A stretch of 43,684 nucleotides of DNA from a virus. Its lineage: Duplodnaviria; Caudoviricetes. Made by a program: the position numbers and the translations under genes. The DNA lies in the IMG/VR virus record IMGVR_UViG_3300042868_009174, positions 1 to 43,684 of that record; one strand, written 5' to 3'. The notes under the pieces are model-generated. The model ran no database searches and was not told the origin of the DNA. It saw only the letters and a list, made by a program, of their open reading frames with translations. Positions 19,501 to 27,900 of this stretch are shown piece after piece. The first letter of the stretch is position 1; every line of letters begins with the position of its first letter.

Positions 19501-22041
19501 CTCTAACACTTTTACCTTTTCAAGACCTTTAGATTGTTTATTAACTTTATCAGCAGCAGCCTCTGCAGCTTCTTTAGTTGAATAAACAAAACTAGTTCCA
19601 TCTGGAGATATCACTTCATATTTATCCTCACCAAGTTTATCAATAGTTGCCTCTTTAAACGGTGCTATAGAATACTCTCTTTCAAGTTCAAGAGGAGATT
19701 CTGCACCTTCAGCATTTTTATATTTAGGAGCTTCTGGTTCAGTAGTTGTTTCTGGTCCTTGTGTCTTTTTTTCTCTTGTTTCAAATTCTTTATACTTTTC
19801 AGGAAATTCTTTGATTTCATTATAATCATCAATGAATTTCTTTCTTCTTAATGCAAGTTCTCCTAAGTCTCTTAAATTTTCAATATTGTCATTTATATCA
19901 TCAGCTGTACCACCAATCTTTTTTATTCTGTCAATAATTGGATCTATTACATCTTTAGTAACTTCTCCTTTTTCAACAATTTGATCAACAAAAGCTTGTG
20001 TAGGAATGCCAGCTAAAGTAAGTTGTGCATTAAGCAAAGGTATTCTATCATCATAGTTTTTAACCTTTGCTGCAGAATAAACAAGTTTGTCTATAACGTC
20101 ATCAGAGTATTTTCTTTTATTTTCTTCATCAAACACTCCTTCATATCTATCTTTTATAGAGTCATAGAGCCTATTTACATCTTTTGCAGTTTGTCTTAAA
20201 GTTTGTATTCTCTGAAGAAATTGTTCTCTTGTTTCTTCTTTATTTACAATACCTGCATTTTTCAGTTCTGAAAATCCTTGTTCTGTAGCTGCTTGACTTT
20301 CATAATGCTTGAGTTCAGTGTATACAGAATCTATTTTTCCATATTTAGCTCTTGGCATCAAATATGAAAACGTATAATCTGCCTCAAAATCTTTTTCAGA
20401 AAGCTTATCGTTATCAGCAATAGATTGTTGTCTTAATTGTTGAGACCCCATACCTATTCCAAAAAACTTTGCTCCATCAGACAAAACTTGAGAAACCTTA
20501 GTTTTGTTTAATGCTTTTACAGCAACTTCGGTATTTTTAAGTCTTTCACCAGTGAACCCTAATAAACCTTGTTCAGCAATCGTACCAGACTTACCTATAC
20601 CAAATTTTGTCTTTCCTGTATTTTCATCTACATAAGTACCTACTACTCCTGATTGCTGAAGAGCCCCTGATATACCACCAATAAGAATATTTTCTAATCC
20701 TTCTTTTGTAGAAAATGTTTCAGAAATACCTTGGTTCATTACAGAACTGAGAGCAGAAAAGAAACCATTTACATTCTCCTTGTTTTGATATGCTCTTTCA
20801 AAATAATTATTCACTCCTATTTGAATGGAGTATTGCATACCTTCTTCAAATGCTTCAGAAGGAGAAAACAATAAATTGGATGCTCCTCTCACTCCATCTA
20901 TAAGTTTGCCAAATTTTGTTGTGGCAGTTCTTCTGATAAAATCTTCCCCAACTCCTTCTTGAGCAATTTTATCAATCATTGCTTTATCAGCTCTTTTTGA
21001 AGAACCTAATATTTTAGGAAGCTGAACATAGTTTGTAAGAGAAAGAAGAATGCTGTTGAATCCCCAAGTGTACATTCCTATTTTCTCAGCAGAATCTTTT
21101 ATATCATCTAGATCTTTTCCAGTGGGAGTCTTTCCATAAAGATTTTTATATTCTTCAATTGCTTTATCTTTAAACTCATTCATATTTTGTAACCCTTCAA
21201 TAGAAGCCTCGCCAAAGGTTCCCATTGTAGATGTTAATATCCTATCAGAGTTTTTAAGAATTGCAGCTGCTGGAGTTTTTATATATTTTTGTGAAAGAGA
21301 TGTTAGAGCTCCTTCAATTGCACTATACTTTTGTAAGTTTGGAGATGCTGTCATTGCTCCTTCAATCGCAGTGGCAGCTTCCATTCCTACACCCATTTGT
21401 ACCAACTTATTAGTTAGTCCGATGCTTCTAAATAAAGAAGACCAAGCAACACCGCCACCTAATGCACCAATTGAAAAACCAATATTTTTAATTATTTTAT
21501 CAGACCAAAAATTTGCAGTGAGAATGTTGTCTGTAGAATACCATTCTGCATTTTGCTCTGCCTTTGTATAATAATTTGGAAGAGCATCTTCCATTCGTTT
21601 GGAAGCCTCATCCATCTGTCTTGTTACATCGTTATCAATAAGTGATGCAAGTCGTTGTTCTAGTATAGATGCTCCTATTCCATACAAAAGCCCTACAGTA
21701 CCAGATGCAAAAGAATTGGTAGCTGTGCCAGCCATTTTTATAATACCGTTTCCTAATTTATCTAAAGCAGACTGTTGCTGACCAGCCATTTCTTCATAGT
21801 CAGTTCCCGGTCTTGTTTCAGGATATCTATCACCAATGTAAAATGAAGACAAAGGAATATTTTCTACTCCTGTAGGTTTGGCTGCTGCAAGCTTTGCAGA
21901 AAAATAATCATTTACAGACATTCCTGCAGAAGCGGCATTATCTGAATATCCTTGAGAAGGAAAGAAAGGTACAATTGGAGTTTTAGGTAATCCTTCTGCT
22001 ATTGCTGGTCTGTTTATCAGATTTTCGTTATTTTCTGGCAT
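7570..22041 (-). CDS. Virion-packaged DNA-dependent RNA polymerase polyprotein (~4,823 aa) with a C-terminal SF1B helicase
   Basis: FRIPTQ...GSDFDIDKMF catalytic motif (11869-11886). Zincin-like YHEIFE. Helicase motifs GYAGTGKTT, LAPTNKAA, IIDESSM, GDSFQL, TAHKSQGSQW, YTAITRS. ATG at 22041 preferred over the TTG at 22053. Confidence 0.93.
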   Translation of the reverse strand: MPENNENLINRPAIAEGLPKTPIVPFFPSQGYSDNAASAGMSVNDYFSAKLAAAKPTGVENIPLSSFYIGDRYPETRPGTDYEEMAGQQQSALDKLGNGIIKMAGTATNSFASGTVGLLYGIGASILEQRLASLIDNDVTRQMDEASKRMEDALPNYYTKAEQNAEWYSTDNILTANFWSDKIIKNIGFSIGALGGGVAWSSLFRSIGLTNKLVQMGVGMEAATAIEGAMTASPNLQKYSAIEGALTSLSQKYIKTPAAAILKNSDRILTSTMGTFGEASIEGLQNMNEFKDKAIEEYKNLYGKTPTGKDLDDIKDSAEKIGMYTWGFNSILLSLTNYVQLPKILGSSKRADKAMIDKIAQEGVGEDFIRRTATTKFGKLIDGVRGASNLLFSPSEAFEEGMQYSIQIGVNNYFERAYQNKENVNGFFSALSSVMNQGISETFSTKEGLENILIGGISGALQQSGVVGTYVDENTGKTKFGIGKSGTIAEQGLLGFTGERLKNTEVAVKALNKTKVSQVLSDGAKFFGIGMGSQQLRQQSIADNDKLSEKDFEADYTFSYLMPRAKYGKIDSVYTELKHYESQAATEQGFSELKNAGIVNKEETREQFLQRIQTLRQTAKDVNRLYDSIKDRYEGVFDEENKRKYSDDVIDKLVYSAAKVKNYDDRIPLLNAQLTLAGIPTQAFVDQIVEKGEVTKDVIDPIIDRIKKIGGTADDINDNIENLRDLGELALRRKKFIDDYNEIKEFPEKYKEFETREKKTQGPETTTEPEAPKYKNAEGAESPLELEREYSIAPFKEATIDKLGEDKYEVISPDGTSFVYSTKEAAEAAADKVNKQSKGLEKVKVLEFNKNGTVKIQDSNGDIYDVPASKFEGYQRLKTEQEKLEKVKDDVEQQQKELELSDSGTIDSVPFTDDKYKGNPEDKRKFWSWLFWSTTSASEDRDADSKKPHAQRSIAFHNNFRKFANKANMRVMVVTSKQEDALGLTGLHKLSMGEDVKRDASGNVIIDNTDNALIAAVYVEQQGSNYYFVDKDGKRIGKVGDQVDLNQVVFSTMPNTSLYWDEGGKNAERFRIDEKAQAEEMSQRWALKRKQLFEIASDKPEIYSFRVSNGIPIINDIKERNHIGGTLIEESKIKSQEGLIVVSTKGTLSHNGQSYKIREGRSMIQYEDVFVPAVNHKFNRNQAESIYEVLRLLAADIQKQSNSGKKVKFNPIYTRYLSNLLYWKKAAGAKGGANQMFIDSKMNLILGDKKYDITKLEDSKKQIIDQLLDAYHTINNKSLTSTEEAGINKFHEKFVEFYVENGELKEREWTNYQTYLLSAKYPDGNARSANDTPVTTFVAKPTDLVPYNFKQKYAILSETEFPALPVKSTPAPKSETPPPSSTPTPGDVVKAGKYNVGKTEYVKNTYTDFKSIGPITFNAKLATDNTSDIEIVPDDATQKSIFAISEVDKTTGEESPILGEIRKRLGKKFNEDDIEFSVAFFIKESIRGNIDKTLSEKKSEEAPKPEAPPVTAKPVTIKIGDTEFILDGKTVYTSTDAFKAPVQFTVSPSDKEILKVKVDLDNQSSNYLSQLISNPDAMKIVDETLKIAQKENYNPSASAEEKIVTYASFKILGLLKQKIEESAPKAETPSPTPSVTPSTLTSIEDKRKEVKAAIKKAGQGEGGQFFVTLVDGTREGSVRISLVGNELGVGNKGVTVDLATIVKVENPDGTILYDSKPAVSTDAKADIERRRELSISEFDESQGEWNTFYYNSNNDTEIIEANSKNELLDKINAKYDAELSALEGAKPAEATPPSVSAPISKIDTEIAELQEQKKKLEKYPEQLRNAKDKEEVEKIVKEWAGFSITDTRIVLSNVIFALTMPSTYSQKERTEAFEVGKKLLYEKHLEANHLRKIKEVDEQIKAKYEKKYELEKESTKKSAEAPTPPVVETPPPTPKKKKGGKKHDDSGEYRLVETTPSKKEKISQADIEIFKKWHNEVAPGIPYEISEKIFMLNDGRRAYGMFVDGIAKFYKGAIRGTEYHEIFEGIWAAFLTSEERAAILEQLKAKSGSFTDRETGKKIKWDEATDKQIKERIADDFADYRLGKLPARSLSEKIVRFFKNIIQFVKNLVFKSTKVDRLFDDIEKGRFKSYVVPESAKSDIPEYSVVEGLTQTDTRLYVEDMTAIIFQYLFGSNKSLYDIQKLTDKDLYNHVLQKYQDSEKIDDTDPDFLSTKQFGELFSRTKEFLRQFKIEFDDSLVVDVNNNESDNRSYAPEPFATDWKKHSGYPIKLLLGTLTKTKPSGNLDANNLSTPQSDWSELNGFQLLNFSKAFATVMDKLHNTSSVKRVVEKLVNLASLNTDYYRLLGRLKLIKAIRIVDGVMDVDFSSFENHDWRLFIQFYQTFTKQKPIALVQYSSGDNVYTSPANLFTAAEEVKSDWLSNMKLLAKERDSLITYNPDTKRYQVGDISKIPTSTPEEKVEFLKKLGINFPLSTYLRLSVKKEVGERSEQAKFDDAVSSIQKYISKDSDIASVTGDALKIDSAIKKLAELYIRVENPPHETTRFNIEGERVNEFAENNHTSVFENEMNESPTLDEVYVKRPELNDVFSKSSIVLKKGGLFYDEDGNQIKKFKIKYIEGNKDIDGGKDVKISRLSRGDAAVLQFNQNLNGDYYILVPADSSTEWMINLGNNISYNDVVGGRAWDKIYTIFRNYLNDEVELAMSDRSYLDNTAPRAKELRFFKEILPKDMVEKIHSLIKEDANKDDINKYIDDRISDVNSSVKSFIESSNQDMVNDLIKFKRVYQNENDTFNFPNLDGDFAKAADVNKRDLSEKEFNDIMMFRNINYVINNIEMHKVIFGDPYQFKIKNNQLDETKRTKSFLSPRRTTVDFPQLNTALNQDRNNAEDIPLEPTDPGYHLFSPNINTVTLSDVDVAGIIYSKFDTITTETDGFSFMMDNVYRELKIKNGQWIDEKAEPWHQWQMAYTRNKLAKKGQYTYTNEKLKAQDEKMISKPAPKHMIEVLKTIVSGNKANRTYFDNVLDKFSQMPLYYSMVEGTNLEDMYIKMYKEKIGYAVYGSGRKVGAESLYDVYKKNGELNTAPFDNIIQVPWKILGVQVETTYEDFHEDLTRGSQTTKISTIDLFENGEAVNEKIAEEYKRYVRTLNAYHKNGVEELFNKLGLEHLGDGKFNIVDPVALSESLKHELLRREASDNVKYVLELDENGQFRVPFESSNAYIQIRDIIFSMVDKSVNSPKMHGAAYVQSPVTMFEKLGSSRSLVIKKKGEDGKFTYTKITKEKYAELSSDEQKNVYLTDDTLKMPTPDDPYMEVMLPHWFREKLPKKYKGYSDDELLRHLNNTEDGRKLLNAFGFRIPTQALSSMAALRVKGFLPQYMGHTVIVPSEITTMAGSDFDIDKMFIYLKSYYLDANDNIRIVSLINESEEETKQYYKNVYEETIQKQIDKITKFDEFRDKILDVFEKVEQFDEITLENLELLSDEDFEFYTDHAVLLNEMMEQAGEERLSPREYILDQINKLGGKKEKLTQKMLNDDVKEKYIKKMYKRALENEYYDSLEKLITSPVNYERNIAPVDDAGFKKVAEELDYLTGDVGENVKNRLLNASYMSKLRHSFITAKRWVGIAAVNLTGHSNAQKSKLYLDTNRFSNLSKKDKEILGNGSIALPHNTVTVGNRTYTSMSGKLTADGKGFYISSRLSGYATTFVDVAKDPYIMKIIKSELAVGTFMFLERIGAGETVPFFMNQPIIRAYLEQLDESNFRSLFNNDQIAYIRSEFPTTEELINETQLDVSLKSLKDNIELYRENKTDDAYNAMQQKMLTEFLKYAKMAEYSFKLTQASNYDTTRFRSGNSLFKKQTRTDVASESNIFSSVDEVLKNTHLGEQAYFLDLAVQAVGEYLQLDKEDIRQNITDDILRPYAEDSYLSDDKYEAIGTKVATSLLDFIIQTKTGLNSEIAELTSDSSTSAVGLLMKAKEKFPNDDLIQLLEPRQARTGGPWTIKLKGNAKASGYDENYFIGKMRELRDNGDPETQELTTNLYKALVKISILQGSQQSAMSIKNIVPAEDYEKQIGDSMRNLRYTPEMDVFKRGMFYRNQWKNDDIFKKVNLNYNYADNNFPTIKPLGITMFSRSVLTLNEKYHMRHVSSDYLKMDRFIINPEYETEDEMSVKDLLTGRTYSNRQYRTMLAKGETVPKEILGFEKVKYPDGSPVLKYDKDGNKTYIYKRINLYGDAGYVSEYYKDFKKSVLNNGTSKVEKEANTDDLIRHFTSKEIIKPNEEPVTGTSQVTFTPEETPKNIETKTFEQFGTQYRFTLENGNVVSGEFKQGGKDWQAMNPKNVASKYTALSQEVSELPFTEEESTLPTIFETRNVQIDYTTGQRKALSDVQNLINANKQGYYLLAGYAGTGKTTIAENIARYAATQGRPAKVLAPTNKAAKVLNDKLKAAGVASEASTIHKSIYGEPDPITGEWVIGADIKNSVIIIDESSMISKELMTDLLNATNRNNILIFMGDSFQLEPVGEDSGLFKGKIEEVKNNQTELTEVKRQSLDSNVLKVATITRVDGKPYIPETSIQDFKVTSSRNEFVNDFKSAIKNGEDVVMIVATNNERVAMNNIARQEKFGAQKTLLNEGDVMISVANSTAYPNSEIFEISEVGTPVKKEISLESRDGKISKYDAFFIDVKTKDNKPVTMLHIPLLDKPSFYHGQLLQYAKTNPEFMNFLESKGLIIQTKKGFKVSPSLVIATYGYSVTAHKSQGSQWSKVFVNQNYVAPSWNGARWYYTAITRSSKDVIVLNSGNNVPISSIEMNSKLNVSSFDESSADVQQEFPDKQLNIQDKKCK

Positions 22042-22042
22042 G

Positions 22043-24889
22043 TCATTTTTCAATTAAAATGCTTTTAACAAACATGGGACTCACTTGTGTTAAGGCAGAT
22101 GTTGCTGCTCCTAAACTTGGACTTCCGGGAAGATTTCTAACTTTTTCAACTTGTCCATCAGTAACATAAATATATGGAAAATATAAACCATTTTGTAGCA
22201 CTATATTTCCTTTTGCAGAAAAGCCAGAGTTTTTAAGTTGAGTAAAATCATTATCATCAAACCAAGAATCTCCTTGTATATATGTAGAAGTTTCTGAAGG
22301 ATTTCCATTAGACGATTTTCCTCCATTATACTTTATAGTATTTCTAAGTATTGACAGTTCTTTTGATTCATACAATGTATTTATGTCTATTCCCATTGTC
22401 TTTGCTTCATCAGGTTGAACAATCATTCCTCCAATTCTTTTATCACCATCATAAGCTACAACTTCTACTTTTACTTGTCCATCTGTACCTATTGTTGGTT
22501 GAACATTAAGAGCCAAGTTAGAAGGATCACTTTTTGCATTAACTGCTTTTGCAAATTCTTTAAAATCTCCTGATTCATTTATTCTTCCACCACTAGCTGT
22601 ACTATATCCACCAACCATTCCTTTCACACCATACAAAAGTTCTTTATCAGTATCACTATCTCCTGTAAATAAAGGAGCTTTAAGATTTGGTTGAATATTA
22701 TAATTTCTTCTAATTACCTCAGCTCTTCCTTTTATAGCTCCTGCAAAATTTTCATTATCAATTACATTAAATACTTTTTCGACTTGTTGAAAAGGATTCA
22801 TTGTATCATTACCATATCTGAATTGCCTATATACATCTTTTACACCTGCAAGACCTCTGACTACATCATAAACAAAAGTAATGGGACCTCCTTTATATGC
22901 TCTTTTATCAATATTTTCATCAAGTATACCTGTTAACAATTCTTCTTTTCCTCTTAGTTTTAATCTTGCAGCAGCAGAATTAGCAGCTCTTCTTACTCCT
23001 TCATCTGTAGCTCCTGCCATTGTACCTAATACGCTAAGATTGCCTTTTAGATATACAGCAAGATCGTATACATCATCTTTTGATAGTTCGTACTCTTTTC
23101 CTCTAAATGTTATTTTTTGATCTTTTATATCTACAAGAGCTGTTTGTCTAGAAACATCTTTTCCAAAAAGAGCTTCTTGTTGGTCATCGATTTGTTTTCT
23201 AATAACTCTTTGTCCTTCAAAGTTTCTTAAAGATTGTTTAAAATTTTTATACTGGGTTTCTAGTATAGGATTCTTTTGTTTTTGTTCAGGAGTTAGATTG
23301 TTATATGTTGTTATTACTTTATTATTATACTGAGTTAAAAATTCCTCAAGAGGAATTTTTCTTTTATCAGCAAGTTGTTTAAGTATTGTATATTTTGCTT
23401 CTTCAGGACTTTTTCCACTCTTTACTAAATTATCAAATATTTTTTTGTTTCCCGGAATATCTTGAAATCCTGCATTCCAAACTAAGTCTACAGAATTTCT
23501 GTTGTAATCTTCAGCAGCATTTCGATAATCTCTGTCTTCTAAATATATTACGTCGGTGTCAGAAAATTGATTTCCTTGAGTAAAATCAAAAAGGTCTTCG
23601 GGAGTACCAAGTCCATTATTACCTTTTCCTCTTTTACCTCCTCTAGTGGAAGCATTTAGAATAGCTATGTCCCAAGCTTGAGAAAGTGCTTTCTTTTTAT
23701 AATCCATGTCATCTCTAAACTCTTGTCTTTCTCTTGCTTCAGTTTGAGCCCATCTACTTTGTGCATTTGCTTCCTTCTGAACTTCAAACTCAGCTCGCCA
23801 AGCAGGGTTTTCAAGAATTTGTTGTTTACTTACAACTTTTCCAAACATTGTTGAATATCTAGAAAAGACATCATCTTCATAAAGTTTCCCTCTTACTGTA
23901 TCTGGATTTTCATTTGCAAGTTTTGCATATGCATTATAATTCTCATTTATAGTTGTCATTCTTTGTGAAATAGCATCTATTTGATCTTGTATTGCTTTTT
24001 TTCCTTCGGCACTTGTCACTGAGTTTTTTTCTATATTCAGGTCGGCAAGTTTCTCTTCATATGTTTCTAAAAGAGATTCTTTTTGACTATTAACTTTTTC
24101 TGCAAGCATTCTCTCATCATAGTTTCTGTAATTGTATTCTCCAGTAATGCCAAGTTGACGACTCACTCTAGGATCTGAAAATATTTGAGATATTGTCTCT
24201 TGAACCTTTTTTGGAAACCTTCCTTCTTTTTCTAATCTTGTCATTGTTGTAGAATAGACAAGAACTTTTTCTTTCTTTCCATTTTTACCTACAACTTCTC
24301 TAGTAATAGGTTTTCCGTCTGCTCCCATTTGATAAATTTGATCAAAAGAATATCCATCTGGCAACACTTCGTCAAATGTTTCCTTTGCAAATTTAAATAT
24401 GTCAAAGAAAGGGATGTAAGAGTCAGAAAACTTTTTTCCAAGTTCCGTTGAAGACATCCAGTTATTAGCTTGTTTTTGAAACTTGAATATGTTATCAGGA
24501 CTAGACTTTCCTTCTTCTATTTCTTTTTGTATCTTTTCTGTCTGTTTTCTATACCAGTTGGTAGAAGATACAGCATTTTGAACATAGGGATCTTTGGCTA
24601 TTTGTGTAGCCATACCTCCAACAGAATTGACAAGTTGGTAGTTGGAGAAGTCTCCTGCAGCTACACTTTTCAACTTTGATCCAAGTTCATTAACTTTTCC
24701 TTGGAGATATGCTTTGTCAATATCTCTTACAATATCCAATCCGGCTATGCTATCAATATAGCCTTGGATTTTTTGCACACCTTCGTCATACTTCTGCTGT
24801 TTATACATGCCCACTTGGGTCATTGCTTCAACAGGAAGTTGCTGAATGTAAGGATTAAATTGTGATATGCTGTCTGCAAAAGATGCCAT
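22043..24889 (-). CDS. Putative virion cargo/ejection protein (948 aa)
   Basis: Helical/coiled-coil protein directly upstream of the vRNAP, the cargo-gene position in crAss-like phages. No catalytic motif recognised. Confidence 0.65.
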   Translation of the reverse strand: MASFADSISQFNPYIQQLPVEAMTQVGMYKQQKYDEGVQKIQGYIDSIAGLDIVRDIDKAYLQGKVNELGSKLKSVAAGDFSNYQLVNSVGGMATQIAKDPYVQNAVSSTNWYRKQTEKIQKEIEEGKSSPDNIFKFQKQANNWMSSTELGKKFSDSYIPFFDIFKFAKETFDEVLPDGYSFDQIYQMGADGKPITREVVGKNGKKEKVLVYSTTMTRLEKEGRFPKKVQETISQIFSDPRVSRQLGITGEYNYRNYDERMLAEKVNSQKESLLETYEEKLADLNIEKNSVTSAEGKKAIQDQIDAISQRMTTINENYNAYAKLANENPDTVRGKLYEDDVFSRYSTMFGKVVSKQQILENPAWRAEFEVQKEANAQSRWAQTEARERQEFRDDMDYKKKALSQAWDIAILNASTRGGKRGKGNNGLGTPEDLFDFTQGNQFSDTDVIYLEDRDYRNAAEDYNRNSVDLVWNAGFQDIPGNKKIFDNLVKSGKSPEEAKYTILKQLADKRKIPLEEFLTQYNNKVITTYNNLTPEQKQKNPILETQYKNFKQSLRNFEGQRVIRKQIDDQQEALFGKDVSRQTALVDIKDQKITFRGKEYELSKDDVYDLAVYLKGNLSVLGTMAGATDEGVRRAANSAAARLKLRGKEELLTGILDENIDKRAYKGGPITFVYDVVRGLAGVKDVYRQFRYGNDTMNPFQQVEKVFNVIDNENFAGAIKGRAEVIRRNYNIQPNLKAPLFTGDSDTDKELLYGVKGMVGGYSTASGGRINESGDFKEFAKAVNAKSDPSNLALNVQPTIGTDGQVKVEVVAYDGDKRIGGMIVQPDEAKTMGIDINTLYESKELSILRNTIKYNGGKSSNGNPSETSTYIQGDSWFDDNDFTQLKNSGFSAKGNIVLQNGLYFPYIYVTDGQVEKVRNLPGSPSLGAATSALTQVSPMFVKSILIEK

Positions 24890-24903
24890 GATGATTGAAT
24901 TAG

Positions 24904-24978
24904 CAAATGTAATTTATAATATTAAATACACCAACACCTCTAACGATTTAGAGTAATTTACTGTAACCGAAAGGATTA
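24904..24978 (-). promoter_or_regulatory. Bacteroidota-type promoter for the cargo/vRNAP operon plus the shared upstream motif
   Basis: Perfect -7 element TACATTTG (24904-24911), with GTTG 20 nt upstream. Shared motif at 24959-24978. Confidence 0.7.
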
Positions 24979-27900
24979 CAAATTTTTAATGGCTTTTACA
25001 ATTGAACCATTTTTCTTAACAGGCTTCTTACCTGTCTTCTTTTCAATTGCTTTTGCTGACTCTTCATCAATCTCTCCCACTGTAGGAATGTTGAATTGAG
25101 CCAAAGGATTGTAATTGATGATTCTGCCTTGAGGACCAAATCTGTAATTGTACATATTCTGCATAACACCAGATTGGAAGTTCTCCAATTTGTTCTGTCC
25201 AATCTTAGAGGCAATTGAATTAAGGGCCACTTGAGCTTGTGTTTTCGTATTAGCTTTAGCTCCTGCTTGTCTTTGATATTGTGTATCTAGTATAGCAAGG
25301 TTTTTCAAGCTAGCATCATTAAGCATTGCAATGTTCCTATTGTTGGTAGCCATCTCTTGTTGAATATTTGTAGCTTCCACTTGTGCAATTGTTTGTCTAT
25401 CAGCAGCTTGTTTCTGTGCAGCAAGCATTGACAGAGCAGCAGGATTGTTTCCAATTTGTCTAGCAAGGGCATTGAAATCAGCTTGATTCTTATTTAATGC
25501 TTCTTGAGCAGACATTTTAGGAGCTCTTGTCTCAAGCATTGGTTTGAATGTTTGTGCTTGTACAGGTTCAAGAGTGTTTGTTGCTAGTGCCAATTGTTCT
25601 CCCATAAACTGAGAGGGATCAAGAGGAAGTTTGTTAGTGGGTCTGATGTAGGGTAAAAGTTCATTATATCCTGCTCCTATGTAATCTCCGTATTTATCTA
25701 AGAACCCTTGTTTTTTTTCTTTTTCCTCCTGATTAGGACTGTAAAAGTTAAATCTATTTTCATCGGGAACTGACAATGTACTTGGTGCATTTGCAATTGG
25801 AGAAAGAGCATCAAGATATGATGCATCATCTATAGTAGCCATTTCTCTTGTAGGAACAACAGATGCAGGACCACTCTTTTTAGATGTTGCCTGTTTACTA
25901 GAAGATGTTTGTTTATTAGTTTTGGGAGCAGAAGCAGGAACATTCTTTTTCTTACCTGTTACAACTACATCAGGAAGAGGAGCATATCTTCCAACTTGAT
26001 CTTCTTGAGATAATCTGTTATTTAGATTTGTAACAGTGGGAATATAAAGTGGTGGAGTTGCTGGTTTATTTTTCTGTGCTTCGATTACTTTCAGTTTATC
26101 AATTAAAGATTGAGCAGTGGGAGTATATATTCCTGATTGACCTTTAGGAATCTTAGCTCCTTTTTTAGCTTGCATGAATTTACCTCTTGCAAGAGCATCA
26201 GATTCTAATCCCATTTCTTCTGCTGTATCAAGAATTGCATTCTGTATACCTGCCAGTGTCTTTTTCTTGTTAGCTAATTCTTTAAGTTTCATATCTGCTC
26301 CTGTAAGCATAGCCATTCCTGCATTTAGTTTGAGTAGATCAAAAGGACTATCTGCATCTGTATCATCAATCAGTTTAGTGGCTTTGTCAACGAGTTTATT
26401 TTGCTTGGCTTCATTCTTTGACAAATCAGCAGCATAAGATTTGAACTTCCTACCCTTTGATTTATCATCACCAAGTTCAGAAACACCGTAAGAAGGAATC
26501 ATCATATTGCCAAACACTACAGCAGATGTATCACCAACTGCTCCTCCTTCTTGCATTTCAGCAACAGGTTCACCTCTTTCAGCTTCCACCATGTTTCCAC
26601 CATAGCTCATTCCTATGCCTGAATTACCTCTGCCATCAGTTTCTTCGTGAGACTGTCCTCTAAGCATTACAGTTTCACCACTTCCGGGTGAATAGGGATT
26701 GTAAGACATCACTTCACCCTTTCCACCCCAATGTGTTTGGAGATTGCCACCCATTGCCATCATAGAGAGACGTTCATCATCTCCCATATAATTAGCTCTC
26801 ATGTTTCTTACATTGCCTCCAGCTCTAAGCATTTCTGCATCATTAGGAGGACTGAGAAGTTGGTCCATTGAATGTTCACCAAACTTTGTAATCACTTGTG
26901 GTTGCCAATCATTGCTCACCCATCCACCATCTTTCATAAATGAACCAAATTGATTAGCCAAGGATTGATTATATGCTCCTTGTTGCATATTCTGCATTCC
27001 TTCTTCTGTCCATTTCTTAGTTTTTCTATTGATGATTGCTTCAGGAATAGCTCCTTGTAAACCTAATCCCAAGTCCATCACTTGCATTGCTGCTTGCATT
27101 TCCATTCCTGTTTGAGCATGAGGAAGTCTTCCTCCTTTCTTATATTGCTTCATTTGTGAATCTTCTAAAGGTTCATATCCAAGACCATCATAAAGAGTGC
27201 CCGGATTATACATATTCTGTATCTCCGTGAGATTACCTCCTATTTGCATCCCTTCTCTAGCCATTCCTAGAATATCATATCCTGTACCAAATGATTGAAA
27301 GCTAGATTGATCAGGAGAGAGAAGATTATCTTCAGGACGTACATACTTTCTTTTTGGCATATCAGGCTTAGATGTTGCAGCCTCTTTTACAATCTCACTA
27401 ACATTCTTGAACACCTTTGCTTTCTTTCTTTCTTCAAGAGCTTTTACTACTCTTTGCACATTTTGAACAGTTTTGGCAAGAGGACTACTTCCAAGTGATC
27501 CTGCATCAAATCCTTGTAGTGTATTTGTTGCATACGGAGAAGGAGAATATTGTTGAGGAACTTGATCTGAGAAAGATGGAGGCGTTGTGGGAAGTTTTTT
27601 AGGAGCTGTTGCCATTGCAGCATTCATTGACAAATCAAGTGTGGTGGGGGTTACAGAGGCAATTCCCATTTGTCCTTTCTTGATATTTCTTTTCTTTCCC
27701 ATATTTGTAAAATTTAACAAGTCATCTAATTTTTGAAGAGGAGCTTCATCAAGTTGATTAATGTTTCTTCCTGCTTGAGCAACAGGGTATTCTGTAACAG
27801 ACTCTCCATCAAATTCATAATCTTCTCCGGGATACATCATTTGTACATCCCCTGTATCAGAAATGCCAAGGAGAGGCTCATACACCCCTTCCATTGTTAT

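Noticed and set aside
7570-22041. Intein or intron in the vRNAP
   Set aside because: The frame is continuous and I saw no intein splice motifs or homing-endonuclease motifs. The helical insert after DFDIDK looks like an ordinary insertion.
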